NCBI RefSeq assembly: GCF_018977255.1
Contig: NW_024704742.1
Span: 80,850,001 to 80,914,000 of the forward strand
From: Callorhinchus milii
Taxonomy: Eukaryota
Length of the DNA stretch: 64,000 nucleotides
Reading direction: 5' to 3'
Notes under the pieces: model-generated
Told to the model about the DNA's origin: nothing
Seen by the model: the letters and a program-made list of their open reading frames with translations, nothing else
Databases searched by the model: none
Translations under genes and position numbers: made by a program
Shown: piece by piece, positions 28,192-41,300 of the stretch
How positions within the stretch are numbered: the first letter of the stretch is position 1
Layout: each line of letters begins with the position of its first letter

Positions 28192-28835
28192 GTACCAGAT
28201 TATTGACATTCTGCCTGAGAAGCTTTCACAATCTGATATTTTATCCTGAAACAAATTTATTTTAAAACCCAAATTGGTACTATTTTAAGGGAAAGATTAA
28301 TATGTAGAATTCCTGAAAACTTTCAGACCTCTGGAACCAGTCATTCAGGAGAGGTAGATGAGAATAGCTGAAGATCGTACTTTCATAGAATTCAATTACA
28401 TCAACCTGATACATGGTTTTGTAAAGCAGCACCTTTTAGATGTAATCTAGACTTGATGTGATCTGTGTCGGTACATTAGCAGAGGATAGTTCTCCACCAC
28501 TGTGCTTGCCTTTCAGCTGAAAACAGCTTGATCTTGCTGACAGCTGGCCTGGGCAAGTCACTGTAGCTTTGGAAAGTGAAACAGATGAAGCCAGTCCTGA
28601 GTAGATATAATCATACTGGTGTATGGCAATTTTCTTTTATAGATAAGTTTTAAGGATTCACAACAAATTTTATGAAGTTACATTCAGAAGTAAAATTTCA
28701 TCCATAACTGACATGGACATTAAAATTGAGATTCCAAGCCAATAAGTCCATAAAAATGACACAATTTCATATTTGAAAACAGTCAGGGAGTGCCATTGGT
28801 TCATTCAGTGGGTGAGCATTTACCTAACGCAATTC

Positions 28836-29650
28836 ACAACAAGCACTTATATAGTGCCCTTCACAGAGGTAGGGTCTCAGAGCTGCTTAACCCTGGCGGA
28901 GCCTGACTCTGAGCGAGGGGGGAAGTGGCCATGAGATCAAAGAGGAAGGTGAGGACTGGTGAGAGGTGGGTACGGAGTTTGGTCTGGATACATATGCGGG
29001 CAGCAGAGTTCTGAATGAGCTGGATCTTTTGAATAATGGAACTGGGGAGACTGGCAAGGAGTGCTTTTGAGTAATCCAGGCATGAGGTAACAAACGCATG
29101 CACGAGGATTTTGGCTATATTTGCGGTAAGGTACGGTTGGAGGTGGGCAATGTGGCGGAGATGGAAAAAGGCGGTGCTGGTCAGGGACCGGATGTGGGGA
29201 AGGAGAGAGAGTTGGGAGTCGAACCGGACACCTAGATTGCGCACTGGTTCAGTGAGCGTGAGGGAAAGCCCAGGGAAGTTAAGCGGTTCACAACCGTAGG
29301 AGTGAAGACATTGACGGTAGCCAAGGAGTTTGGCTTCTGTCTTGTCACATTCAGCTGCAGGAAGTTTGCACTCATCCAGGCTCTGATGTCTGCCAGACAA
29401 GCTGATAGATCATCAGCGGACCTGGAGTTGGTAATAAAGGAGGCAAAGTAGATTTGTGTGTCATCCACATACATGTAGAAGTTTACCCCATGTCTGCGGA
29501 TGACATTGCCCAGAGGGAGCATATAGATAAGGAAAAGAAGAGGGCCAAGGATAGAGCCCTGGGCTACCCTGCAGGTGACCGGGTGGAGGCGGGAGGAGAA
29601 ACCATTTGCCAACATGAAATGGAGGGCAGTGTGGAATCAGGTTGGAATTG
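28836..29650 (-). mobile_element. L2 LINE fragment, internally deleted
   Basis: QGSILGPLLFLIYMLPLG, MYVDDTQIY, HAFVTSCLDYS; L2 tail near 28840. Confidence 0.9.
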
Positions 29651-30289
29651 AGCTGAGATACAATTCCGCAAAATTATTGAACTGGCAACTTATCAGAAAG
29701 CAGCTGTAGTTGATTCAGACACATTTTTCCCACAATATTTCCCTCTCCTTTTCAGAAGCCAGGGACTCAAGTTGAGATAGGTTTCCAAAGGTCATTGCAG
29801 CCCCTCGATATTGATTCTCAGTGGACTACTTTACATATGGAAAAGTCAGTCTGGTTTGGATACCTTTAAGCAAGATGATGGTTTTCTAGGTGTCAACCAG
29901 CTGACCAAAATATAAAGCGGGTTATTCTACAGTCTGTGTGATACGTTTGGGGGGAAGGGGGAGGAAACATTACAGTTGATCCGCTGTTTATTTCAAACTT
30001 AACTTCTCTTGTGTCCACCGATTCTCGAGTCACACGTTTAGTTTTCATTGCCTTGAAATTTTGATCATATCAGTGTCAACATAAAAATGGGAAAGAAAGC
30101 AAAATCCTACACAATTGGAAGTTTATTCATTGGGATCAGTAAGGGTTTTGTACATTTAACATTCTTATAGAATCTTATTCAATTGTAATAGACTATCCAA
30201 TGGAATAGGTAGATGAGGGGAAAACATATTTTTTTAAAAACTTGGTTGTTCAGTTTAGATAATTAAATGTCATTGTGTCCATACATGGT

Positions 30290-31060
30290 CACATATATCC
30301 TGGAAAATAAAAACCTAAATGGGGTAGTGGAGCAAAGGGATCTTGGGGTACACATATACAATTCACTAAAAGTAGCAACACAGGTTAATAAAGCTATAAA
30401 AAAGGCAAACCAGGTATTGTGGTTCATTTCTAGAGGGATAGAAATGAAAAGCAGGGAAGTTATGGTAAACTTCTATAGAGCCTCGGTTAGACCACACTTA
30501 GAATACTGTGTGCAGTTCTGGTCCCCACATTATAAAAGGGATGAGGAGGCACTGGAGAGGGTGCAAAGGAGATTCACAAGGATGATCCCAGAACTGAGAG
30601 GTTATACCTATCAGGAAAGGCTGAACATGCTTGGACTCTTCTCTTGAAAAGAGGAGATTAAGGGGAGACCTGATAGATGGCTTTAAAATGATGAAAGGTT
30701 TTGATAGGGTAGACATAGGGAAGATGTTTCCACTTGTTGGGAAGACCAAGACCAGGTGCCATCAATATAAAATAGTCACAAATAGATCAAATAGGGAAGT
30801 TAGAAGAAATTCTTCACACAGAGAGTAGTGGGAATGTGGAACATGTTACCACAGGGAGTTGTTGAGGCAAATAGCATAGATGTATTTATGGGAAAGCTAG
30901 ATAGGTACATGAGTGAGTAAGGAATAGAAGGTTATGCTTGAAGGCTTAGTTGAGGAAGGGCAGGAGGAGGCTAATGTGCAGCATTAACACCGGCATAGAC
31001 CAGTTGGGCCGAAAGGCCAGTTTCTATGCTGTGTATTCTAATGTATTCTAATGTAATGTA
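30290..31060 (+). mobile_element. CR1 LINE 3' fragment
   Basis: QRDLGVHI, VRPHLEYCVQFWSPHY, LERVQRRFTRMIP; tail gtattctaatgtattctaatg. Confidence 0.9.
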
Positions 31061-31404
31061 CCCCTTGCAAATACTATACAAGTATATTCCAGATACCCCA
31101 AACTATATAATATGATTGATGAACACACTAATTCATGTGCAGTATGTTTCAAATATACAAAATGTGTTTGTCCAGAATGCTATCTAAAAGGAAACTTATC
31201 ACCTGGTTAGTTATGGACACACATTCATGGTTTATTATAAGTTTTTGGTTTCTGTCTTTCAAAGAGTGATTTGTTGTTAAATACTAGAAATGAAACATAG
31301 TTGTTTTAAGGAATGCTGTGTCTTTTGGATTTCTTAAGCTAAATGGCAAACAGATCTTTTCTAAACTTTTGATATTCAATAATAATAATCCTTGCATTCG
31401 ATAT

Positions 31405-32890
31405 ACAACAAAATCAATAAGATTACATTTGTAAAGCGCATTTCACGTTGGGAGGATGTCCCAAGGCGCTGGACAGACAGAATTACGGACCCAAGCTAGG
31501 GTCGGAGTTTGGGAGGGTGGAGAGCAGTGGGGGATGCAGGGAGATCGAAAGCAGGTTGAAGAGGAGGGTCTTAAGGTGGGTCTTGAAGGTGGCCAGTGAG
31601 GGGGTGAGGCGAAGGGACTACAGGATGGAGTTCCAGAGGGTGGGGGCAGAATGGTGGCAGGCCCACCCCCCAATAGTGGGGTGAGCAAGACGGGGGACGT
31701 GAAGGAGGCTGGAGCCCGCTGAGCGGAGGGAGCGAACAGGGTGGTAGGGGGTTAGGAGGTCGCAGAGGTAGGGGGGAGCAAGATTGTTGAAGGCGTTGAA
31801 GGTGTGGAACAGGATCTTGAACTGTATCCTCTGTGTGATGGGAAGCCAGTGGATTTGGGCAAGGATGGGGATGACAAGGTCGTGGAGCCTATTGCAGGAG
31901 AGGACACGGGCTACAGAGTTCTGGATGATCTGCAGCCTGTGAGGGAGGAGTTGGGGAGGCTGACAAGCAATGAGTTTGCATAGTCAAGCTTCAATGTAAT
32001 GAAACCATGCATGAGGGTTTCGTCAGGCTGCGGTGTGATAGTAGTGGAGCTGTGCGGAGGTGGGGGAAGCCAGAGCGGGTCATGGCACAGATGTGGAGTA
32101 GAAAGAATAGTTGAGGGTCAAACAAGATTCCAAGGTTCTGGACTTAGCATGGTGGGGTGTGCAACCATGGATGGTGATGCTGTCAGTGCCTGAGGTGAGG
32201 AGGCGCTGACAGGAGTTAATCAGGAGAGCCTCGGTCTTGTTGATGTTTAACTGAAGAAAGTTACCTCTCATCCAGGACTTGATGTCTGACAGACATTCTG
32301 TCAGGACAGCAGCGGTCCTGGAGTCAAGGGTGGAAGCAAAGAGGTAGATTTGGGTGTCATCCGCATACATGTGGAAGTTGACCTCATGTCTGCGGATGAT
32401 GTCACCAAGAGGGAGTATATAGATATTGAAGAGGAGAGGGCCAAGGACAAAGACCTGAAGAACGCCGCACAAGACAGTGCGGGGGCTAGAGGAGAAGCCG
32501 TTTGTGGGTATGAAGTGCAGGTGGTGTGAGAGGTACGATCTGAACCAGTCAAGGGCAGCGCCGTTGAGGTGAGAGAGGCGGTGGATGAGATTACAGTGAT
32601 TGACGGTGTCAAAAGCAGCAGAGAGGTCAACTAGGATCAGAAGGCAAATGGAGCCCTGCTCACAGATGGACAGAATGTCATTTGTCACTTTGACCAGGGC
32701 TGTTTCTGTGTTGTTGGCAGCACGGAAACCCAATTGGAGGGGTTCGAGAACGGAGTGGCGGGAGAGGAAGGAGCGAATCTGAGAAACAACAACTCATTCC
32801 AGTACGTTGGAGAGGAAGGGGAGTTTAGAGTTGGGGCGGTAGTTAAGGAGTAGAGAAGCGTCCAGGGAGAGTTTTTTAAAGATAGGCGTG
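31405..32890 (-). mobile_element. L2 LINE (RT to 3' tail)
   Basis: TETALVKVTNDIL, DLSAAFDTVNH, MYADDTQIY (ORF 32080-32733). Confidence 0.9.
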
Positions 32891-32899
32891 ATCTAAAAT

Positions 32900-33497
32900 C
32901 ACATGGTTCTCACCTCCTCCACCTACCCGACCTCCACCTAAAACTCTCCAATCCCGTATGCAACCTAGGTGTCAGGTTTGACCCCCAATTATCCTTCTTC
33001 CCCCACATCCAATCCCTCACCAGCACCGTGTTCTTCCACCTCCGACGCATCACCTGTCTTTGCCAATACCTCACTCCAAAAGCAACTGAAACCCTAGTCC
33101 ATGCCTTTGTTACCTCTCGGCTGGACTATTCAAATGCCCTCCTTGCCGGTCTCCCCTCCACTACCATCCATAAAATCCAGGTCATACAAAACTCTGCCAC
33201 CTGCATTCTTACCCGCACCAAACTCCGATTCCCAATTACCTCATCCTTGCCAGACTGCACTGACTGCCTGTCCCAGAGAGGATTGGCTTCAAGATCCTCA
33301 CCCTTGTCTTCAAATCCCTCCACTCATCTCTCATCTGCACCCCCCTACCTCTCTGACTTCCTCTCTCCTCACAACAGTACCTGTTGCCTTCGTTCCACTG
33401 GGTCTGGCCTCCTCCTTGTCCCCCAAGTCCTCCGCTCCACCATCGGCGGCTGTGCCTTCAGCCACTATGCCCCGAGGCTCTGGAACTCCGTTTGTAA
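32900..33497 (+). mobile_element. L2 LINE fragment in opposite orientation
   Basis: ORF 33028-33501: HAFVTSRLDYSNALLAGLP...AFSHYAPRLWNS. Confidence 0.88.
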
Positions 33498-34032
33498 TTG
33501 AGGATGTCCAGCATCCCCTCGCATTTGGCATTTGAGGTGAGGCTGGGTGAGTCGTGAGAGGGTGGCTGAAGGAGCCATTTTGTGATGAAGAGGAGCCTGG
33601 GGTTGTCCTTTGCATTCAAGATTGTCTTGGAGTGGAATGACGATTTAGCAAAGGTGAGAGCAGAGCAGTAGAATTTGATATGGTCCAGCCAGATCTGCTG
33701 CTGGACAGTTATGTTTGATTTAAGCCAGGTTTGCTCAGCGGAGTGCACGTCAACTTTAAGGGAGCAGAGGTGGCTGGTGTACCAGGGTGACTTACATGAA
33801 TAGGAGACGGTTCAGAAAGAGAGGGGAGTGAGGGAATTAAGAGTGGAGGAGAGGGAGCTGTGGAGAAGGGTAACCGATGAGGATAGTTCATTGCAGGAGG
33901 ACGCCCAGAGAGGAAGGAGTTCAGGAGTTCCAAGGCAGCTGAGAGGGAGGGGAGCATATTTTTTTCCAGAGGCCGTATGAGATGGAGTTGGCTTGGGTGG
34001 CGGTGGGGAGAGGGATTGAGGAGTTAAGGGAG
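33498..34032 (-). mobile_element. L2 LINE upstream ORF2 fragment
   Basis: SALTFAKSSFHSKTILNAKDNPRLLF; homologous to about 61250-61780. Confidence 0.75.
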
Positions 34033-34952
34033 ATTAAGTGATATAGTGCCTTATCGTGTCTTTGATCTGTCTCAAAAGTGCTTCACAGAGTACACTGTAA
34101 AGTGAATTGACTGTTTTCTGGAGCAAGGAAAAAAATATTACAGGCCAGTGGGGTTTGTTAGCAATATTCACAAGATCACGAGATTGGTCTGGATGTAGAA
34201 TACTTTGCATATTCAATCTCATCCCTCCACAACACTGATCATACCATCATTGCCTCCAGCTATTTTTTAATTAAGTCTAGTGTCCTGGCTCCAATTTTCT
34301 GTCCTTGCAATTTGTTCCAATTATTGATTCCCCTCTACGTGAAGAAAACACTTTCCCTTCAGATCTTACTGATTCAATGTCCATATCTTACCCTTGATAT
34401 CCAGCAACCACTGTTTATTGAGGAGATTTTGATGTGGTACTTAGTTAAACACCTTTTGGAAGTATGCTACGTTATCTGCTTCCCAAAGTTAATTTGGGCT
34501 ATCACCTCCTCAAAAAAGTCTATGTGATTGCTCTGGTCTGATAAAGACCTACTCTTTCTGAACCTGTGTTGACTGTAAATGATTAGCTTATTTTTTATAG
34601 CTAATCTTCCACTTCCTTTCTGGTGATTGACTCCATAATTGTTCCTATTATCCAGACTGATACATGGTGTTCCTGTTTTGAAGTCACGTTAATGTTTCTG
34701 TAGTTGCCAGGTTTATTTTGTCACCCTTCTTAAAAACTAAAATCTAGAAAGACTTAACCTTCTTATGTTATCATTTTGAATTATGGTTGAAATTACGGTT
34801 TTCAACTAACGATATATCTGGCCTTGTACACAATTCTCCCACAAATTTGTGCTAACTTCCCAATTTACAAATGTTCCCAATTTTTCTGCAGTTTGTCTGA
34901 ATGAGACCTTTCCCCATTCTGTTAAGTACGAACACATTTAAAGTGTATTAAC

Positions 34953-35118
34953 AAAAACAGAAATCACTGGGAACATTCAGCAAGTTAGGCTGTGGAAAAA
35001 GGAAAGTGAGTCAACATTTCAGGTCCATGACCCTATGCTGCCTGACCTGCTGAGTGTTCCCAGCAACTTCTGTTTCTGTTTTCAGATTTCCAGCATCTGC
35101 AGTGTTTTGCATTTTGTT
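34953..35118. repeat. fold-back Penelope-type terminal repeat
   Basis: aaacagaaatcactgggaacattcagcaagttaggc pairs with gcctgacctgctgagtgttcccagcaacttctgttt. Confidence 0.65.
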
Positions 35119-36461
35119 TAGTTTATTATCGTTACGTGCTACTTTACAGGCTATTTTTTAATCAAATTTGCACTGCAACATGGCTACAGACAAATGCTTA
35201 ACCCCTCTCCCCCAACTCTTCAGTGTTATTTACTACATTACTCAGCTACATGTGTTCTGTGTTATTCCTCCGTGCTCAAATAGTAGCTCCTTCTCTCACC
35301 AACCACAAGAAGTAGAATCGCTTACACTGGAAGTGGAATATTAAAGGATAGGGGAAAGAGCAGAGGAATGGTATTATAGTAGGTAATTGCAGTGAGGGAG
35401 GTAATACCATCTTAGCTGTAATAAGATGCATTTTATTCTTTGTGCAATTTTGTCTGTAACTGAAGCCACATTGTATGTAAAGAATTAATTCTGGGCATTT
35501 AGCACTGGTAAGTGGACACAATTTCAGGCTGGAATTCACTATCATTTCAAGCATTCCCAAGTCTGGTTTAGCACAAGTAGATGCAGATCAAAGCTGCACT
35601 GATTAACACTCTACAACAGTGCAAAACAGTCAACTGCAATCAGTGCCTCTTGCTCTGCTACATTTCTCACTCTTGCCACTCATCCTTCCAGCCTCTTTGA
35701 ATGAAGTGATCATTTTGTGCTGAATTGTACTTGCCTTCATAGGAATCTGGCAATTAAAATACAAGAGATTTTAAATTCAATCAATTCAGGCTGGAACACA
35801 AATCAGCTATGAGCACTAATTAGACAAGCTTGGACTCAAGTCTTGAAAAAATGCACCCAAGAAAGGACCGTGTAGAAGTATATAAGTTTTAAATGCAATT
35901 GAGAAAGTAAACCCAGACCGACACTTAGGATGCACTAACGCAGCAGACACCAGGAAACAAGTTTAGGGTTGCAAAAGACAATTTCAGAACAGATACCAGG
36001 AAGTATTTATTTCTCCGTAGGATTGTTAAAGACAAGAAGAGGTTATGAGGAAGGGTGATTGAGGCTTTAAAAACAGTTTGATGCTACAGTGGAAGGCCAC
36101 TAGAGTATGTTTTCTGGAAGCATTAATCAAATTTACCAAAGGGCTTCCTTCATTCAAATTTTTCTTGTAATCTTGTAATAAGAATACAGGTCCCAAAGGT
36201 GAAAGCAGAAAGGTTCAGCTCGGGTGCTGTCCAGCTCCATGAAACATGCTTCCAACATGAAAGGAACTATATAAATGTAATTTTGTTGTTGTTGTTCAGC
36301 CCACTCTGACAAGTTTCTTGATCATATTTTATTTACTGAGTATCCTTCAGCAAGGTAGTTGACCAAAACACATTTTAGGTAGTTGTCTCATTAATATTTA
36401 TTTAAAAAAAGATGCATGGAATTTCAACACCTATTGTGTGTATGTAAACCAGACAACGCAC

Positions 36462-36467
36462 TTTATT
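36462..36467 (-). terminator. candidate PLPPR1 polyadenylation signal (AATAAA)
   Basis: minus strand tgtacAATAAAgtgcgttgtctgg about 250 nt after the stop. Confidence 0.5.
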
Positions 36468-36719
36468 GTACAAATACCACGGAACACCAACTGCATTTAC
36501 ATTAGAAATCAGAAACTTTTACATGGAATGCTTTAATTCTGGGAGAGACATACCAAAACAGGCAAAAAGTCAAGGTAAGCTACAGCACTTTCTCATACAA
36601 AATGTACAAAACATCTGATGCTAACTAGACAAGTTCCTGTGTTGCTCTTTCCACAGTTTTAACACTTATTATAAAAGTACCAATTTGTGTTTTATTTTAA
36701 ACGGAAAAGGTTTTTCTCT

Positions 36720-36752
36720 TCAGGTCACTTCTGTCATTGATGCGGAGTGGTT
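36720..36752 (-). CDS. PLPPR1: PLPPR1 last coding exon
   Basis: tcttacag|AAC CAC TCC GCA TCA ATG ACA GAA GTG ACC TGA = NHSASMTEVT*, the PLPPR1-type C-terminus. Confidence 0.94.
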   Translation of the reverse strand, partial: NHSASMTEVT

Positions 36753-37987
36753 CTGTAAGAGGACAAAAGAAGAGATCATGTAAAGAACATTACAGATGAT
36801 TCACAAAAACAAAAACACAGACGTGGGGATAACACACACACTGCAAAATAATGCAACTTCATTGGGATTTCAATGTAATTATTTGTAAGCATTAAAACAA
36901 CATCCAAGTTAAGTCCAATTCTTACCTCACTTTGCTTTGGTTTTTAGATTTTTAAAAACAATCCAAATGAATTAAATTTCAATTGTCAGTTCAATGTTGT
37001 GTACAACTGAGATGCAACTCCAATGTACAATTGCATTGTTTGTTAACAGTGACAATCACACTGCCAGCAGACAAGAGTCCCCATTGAATGCATCAGTTGC
37101 AGTGTGCAGGTGAAAAAAAGGTTGTAGTTGTTCAGACATATAGTGCACCGAACAGCCTGTAAAGGGGGAGTAGGTGTGGGGAATGGGTAAGGGATCACGG
37201 TATACTGTACAATACAATAACAGACAGGTCAGGTGTTTGTAACAAAAATGACAACAGAATCGAGCAAGTTATTAAGAAGACGAACGACATGAAATCAAGC
37301 GGTTTCACAGTAAATTGCATGGTGTGTGTCATCAGTAACCCCAGCACCAGCGGCTCCAACCAATGCAAGTACATGTAAGCAAATCAGACACAAGTGGGAC
37401 GAGAAGAGGTGAGACTTTTGCCGAGGTGTCAAACTGAGCTCAGGAAAAGAATCCAGCAAAGACAAACCAGGTAGACATTTTCTTAACCCCTGGAGTGCCA
37501 CAGGCATGTTTATAAGTTCCTCTCTTAGACTCAGGCAGTCCATCAATTGATTAACAGGGCGGCAATTATTTTCCACAGCCCTGTCAATCATCCATCTCTC
37601 GCCCCTCTTTGGTTGGCTGCCTGTCCTGCCCATTTGGAGCTAGTGATAAATCACTGAAAAGAAAAGTTGTTCCCACCTTCCAAAGCGGAGGGTGGAAGCT
37701 GGAAGGAAGAAGAGCAAAAGTAAGGCAATGAACTTCAAATTAGAAATAGTTAGAAAAACAGAACAGGTTAGAAATTAGTAGTTAAAAAAAAGTACAAATC
37801 AAACAGTGACCAAGAGGAAAGATGTGAAGAAAGCCACAGCAGGGAAGGAAACATTTATTTTTAAATAATTTGGATTTATTCAAAATGTATTTATTAATTG
37901 ATTTTAGCAGCTTAAGGTTAATATTAGAATAATAAATGCATTTTGTCATTTTATGCAGTTTATCAGTTGGAAATGTACAGGAACTGT

Positions 37988-38345
37988 TCAGAAGGTTGTT
38001 GGTTCAAGCTCTCATTGGGATTGGAATCACATAGTCTAATCTGACACTCCAATATAGGGCGTGTGTTGCATTGTCCTTCGGATAAAATGTTAAACAGAGG
38101 TCCAGTCTGCCTGTTCAGGTTGACGTTAAAGATCCCGTGACACTATTCGAAAAGAGAAGAGAGTTTCTCCCAGTGTTCTGGCCAACAATCCACCAAATAA
38201 AATTGTTGACTCACTCCTCGGCTGTTTGTGGGAGAAAATTGAGCGCAGACTGTCTGCCGCTTTTCACCCCCAAAATTATACAGCCAATCGACTTTACACT
38301 TTATCCTGTGAAGCGCTTTCAGATATCTCAAAGACAAAGAATGAC
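37988..38345 (+). mobile_element. older Deu-type SINE (further copies about 2560-2880 +, 11545-11960 -, 12712-13300 +, 22350-22735 -, 27290-27675 -, 59060-59260 +)
   Basis: Shared ttaaagatcccgtgacactattcgaaaagagaagagagtttctcccagtgttctggccaacaat block, resembling the AmnSINE1/SacSINE1 Deu domain as recalled. Confidence 0.75.
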
Positions 38346-41300
38346 TAACTAGTCAAAGGCACAAAGGAATGGGTGCTGGTCATTGTTCTATATCAGAAAA
38401 GTGAGGCTCGAGCATTTTATTATCACTGGGCTATAACTATCAAACAGCTTATAGTCATGGCGTAATAGGCAATTTTATCACATTGAATTGATTCGGATAT
38501 CTTGAATATTTTACCCCACAGTCCCAGGTGTATTTTTAAAGAATAAGTATAATCTCGCATGTTGTCATTCAGCCAGTGCTACCCAGGTTATTGTGTAATG
38601 GGGGAATGGGGAAGAAAGGAATACGAGCAGGAAGGCTATAACTACTGAGCATCGCACCACCGGGTGAACGGGAAGGCACTTCCAAGAGAATTTGTCATTG
38701 GGTTGCTGGGAATTTCTACCCATACGTCAACCTGGCACATGCTCCCATGGACTAATGTGAACTCCAAAAAGGGCCAGGGTGGGTGGGAGGGATAAGTAAA
38801 AAATAATGCATCTTGCCCAACTGGGGCAACATGTCATTCCATGCACACTCACGCTCCCTCTGTTTTCATTGGGAGAAGAAAGTAGCCATGCAGGTCACCT
38901 CTGCGACCTAATCACCTGAAACAGAAAAAGTTCCTGCCTCAAATATGAAAAAGAAAAAGTCAAAACGATGAAACGCAAGATGAGTTGGTTAACCACTTAC
39001 CTGATTTTTCACTTTTATGTGTGTTTCTCATTTAGAAGAACGGTTTTAGTGTAGAACTTTTGCGTATACGTATGGGAAAAATGTGACATTTCATAACAGA
39101 TTCAATGGGATAACATTAAATATTATAAGAAACATCACATTTATCACCCCTATTTGTTTTTTAAGGTGCAGGATAATAATAATTATTCTTACATTTGATA
39201 TAGTACCTTTCACGTCAGGAGGACATCTCAAAGCGCTTCACAGCAATTACTGTAAAATGATTTTTAGTGATTTTTTAGCACCAACATGTTGGCTACAAAT
39301 AACAGAGTTCCAATTTCCAGTATTTCATCACTGCAATGTGCCTTGGCCCCTATTCTCTGTTGAGCATCCTGCACTGCATTTGTTTGAATTTCCATTCCCA
39401 CACTAGCTAAGCTTTTGAAGGTGTTCGCCACATTAGTGCCAATTTCTGGGAAGTTTTGTGGTATAGAAATTGTGTTTTAGATTACCCCAATTCATTTCAC
39501 ATTGGATTCCTACACCAGCAGAGAGAAGTGACCTTCATCCCATCAGTCTGGGTCAGGTTGAAGTCTCACTTCCAATGGTTCAAAGACAGTGTGTTGGCCT
39601 AATATACTGCCTACTTCTCTTGTTGAACTACGTTTACTTTTTTAAAATGATCAATCCAAAATAATGTAGCGCAAAGAATTACAATAGATTTGCTGGCAAT
39701 CTGAACTGAGTTTGCTCCCTCTGCTCGGCAAAATCAGATCTGCTCCCACCTGATCCACCTAATGGGTGAGCTTTCAGCCATTCTCCCCACCTTCGAATCC
39801 TGTGTTAAGACTTATTTTTCTAGATCACTCATTGGGTCATCTTCCCCTTCCCCCGCAACCTCCTGAGTGCCTCCCCCACCCACCTTCCCATAGCTCAGTT
39901 GCCTGAAGTGCTTTAAGACATCCTCCCAATATGAAATGTTCCTTATAAATGTATATTGTTGTACTTGCAGTTGAGTTTAGAAGCTTCCACTCAGTCCAGA
40001 GTCTTGCGTGGATCAGGGTTTGGGTTTCACTATGTTTATTCACCAAAGTCCCAGTAAGAAATCATTTTACAAAACCATGGTGACACCACTGAGCTTTAAA
40101 TGCAACTTGACTGCAACATTGCTCCAGTATACTTTGAATTGCAGGAACTTTGCTGAATTGAATACTGGGTAGACACTATTCACTAAACCTTTGGCAGAGA
40201 TAAAGCACATTTGTAGATCGGAAAGTGTGCTGAAACACAACATTCAGAGGGAGGGCGACATCATGAAAACCATAGAGTGCAGATTCCCTGTGAACACTGA
40301 ACATCAACCATTTTCCCATATAATGTTTAGGTGTTGTCCAATTTTACCTCAACAGTGATGGTTTATAACAGGGCCCTTCTGGCATGTTACAAACAAAACA
40401 GTACACAAAAAAATAAGGCGATGCTAGTAAAGCACGAATGAAACAAAGTTTTAAAGCATGGACAATGCACATTTGTGGATTGCCGCTTCCTTGTCTAGTG
40501 TTGTCTGGGGACACTCGAAGGGGAATCGAGAGGCAGTTCTGAGCAGAAACAAATGAACACAAACACCAAAAAAAAGAGGTCCACCACAAACATCAACTAA
40601 ACTGGGACGACCTGAAGTGGAGAAATAAAAATGCGACATGAATGTTACACTATTGCCAGATTAACGTGGGCGACTGGAGGAAACCATGCACCTAGGAGTA
40701 ACAGAGGGAGCAGAGGCAGCTCAAGCTGTGACAGTGTTAGACTCATCATCCCCCTTTAGCTCGTGAGCGAGGTCCATCCTTGCACGGTGATTGAGTGTGT
40801 ACCTCCTGGTGAGTTGGGTGTCTGTCTGGTCCTGAAATATTACCCTGGGACGAAACACCCTCTCTCGGGGGGTTTGACGACGTCTCCCACTTTGCTGTCA
40901 TGCAGGCATTAAGGAAAGAAGAGCCATGTTGTGAAAAAACTGTAATCAGCATGAACATAGCATGGTACTTATACTGTTTGTGAATCAACACCAGGAGGTT
41001 CAAGGTTTGCCAGTTCAATTATGGCAGATCGATCAACAATTATGTTCAAATTCCACTCAGAGCCGTTCACGCCTCCGTCTGTGATCGGCAACGTTCTGCA
41101 AACTGGCAACAACACAATACACCGGTACCACAGCACTGGGCTTAGCAAAATCCAAACAATGTCAATCAGCGTAACATATTCACAGTAGCTTTGTTATACA
41201 TCTGCAGGGAAATACGAGAGTGTGGATCCACTAAAGCTTCATGAATTGAGTCTAAAGCATAAAAGGCACAGTTGTTCGAAGAGAAGCAAGGAGTCATTCA

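Noticed and set aside
37295..37633. 112-aa minus ORF and the many other 60-130 aa ORFs in the track
   Set aside because: No recognisable homology or compatible splice phase; most are alternative frames of LINE or SINE copies or chance ORFs
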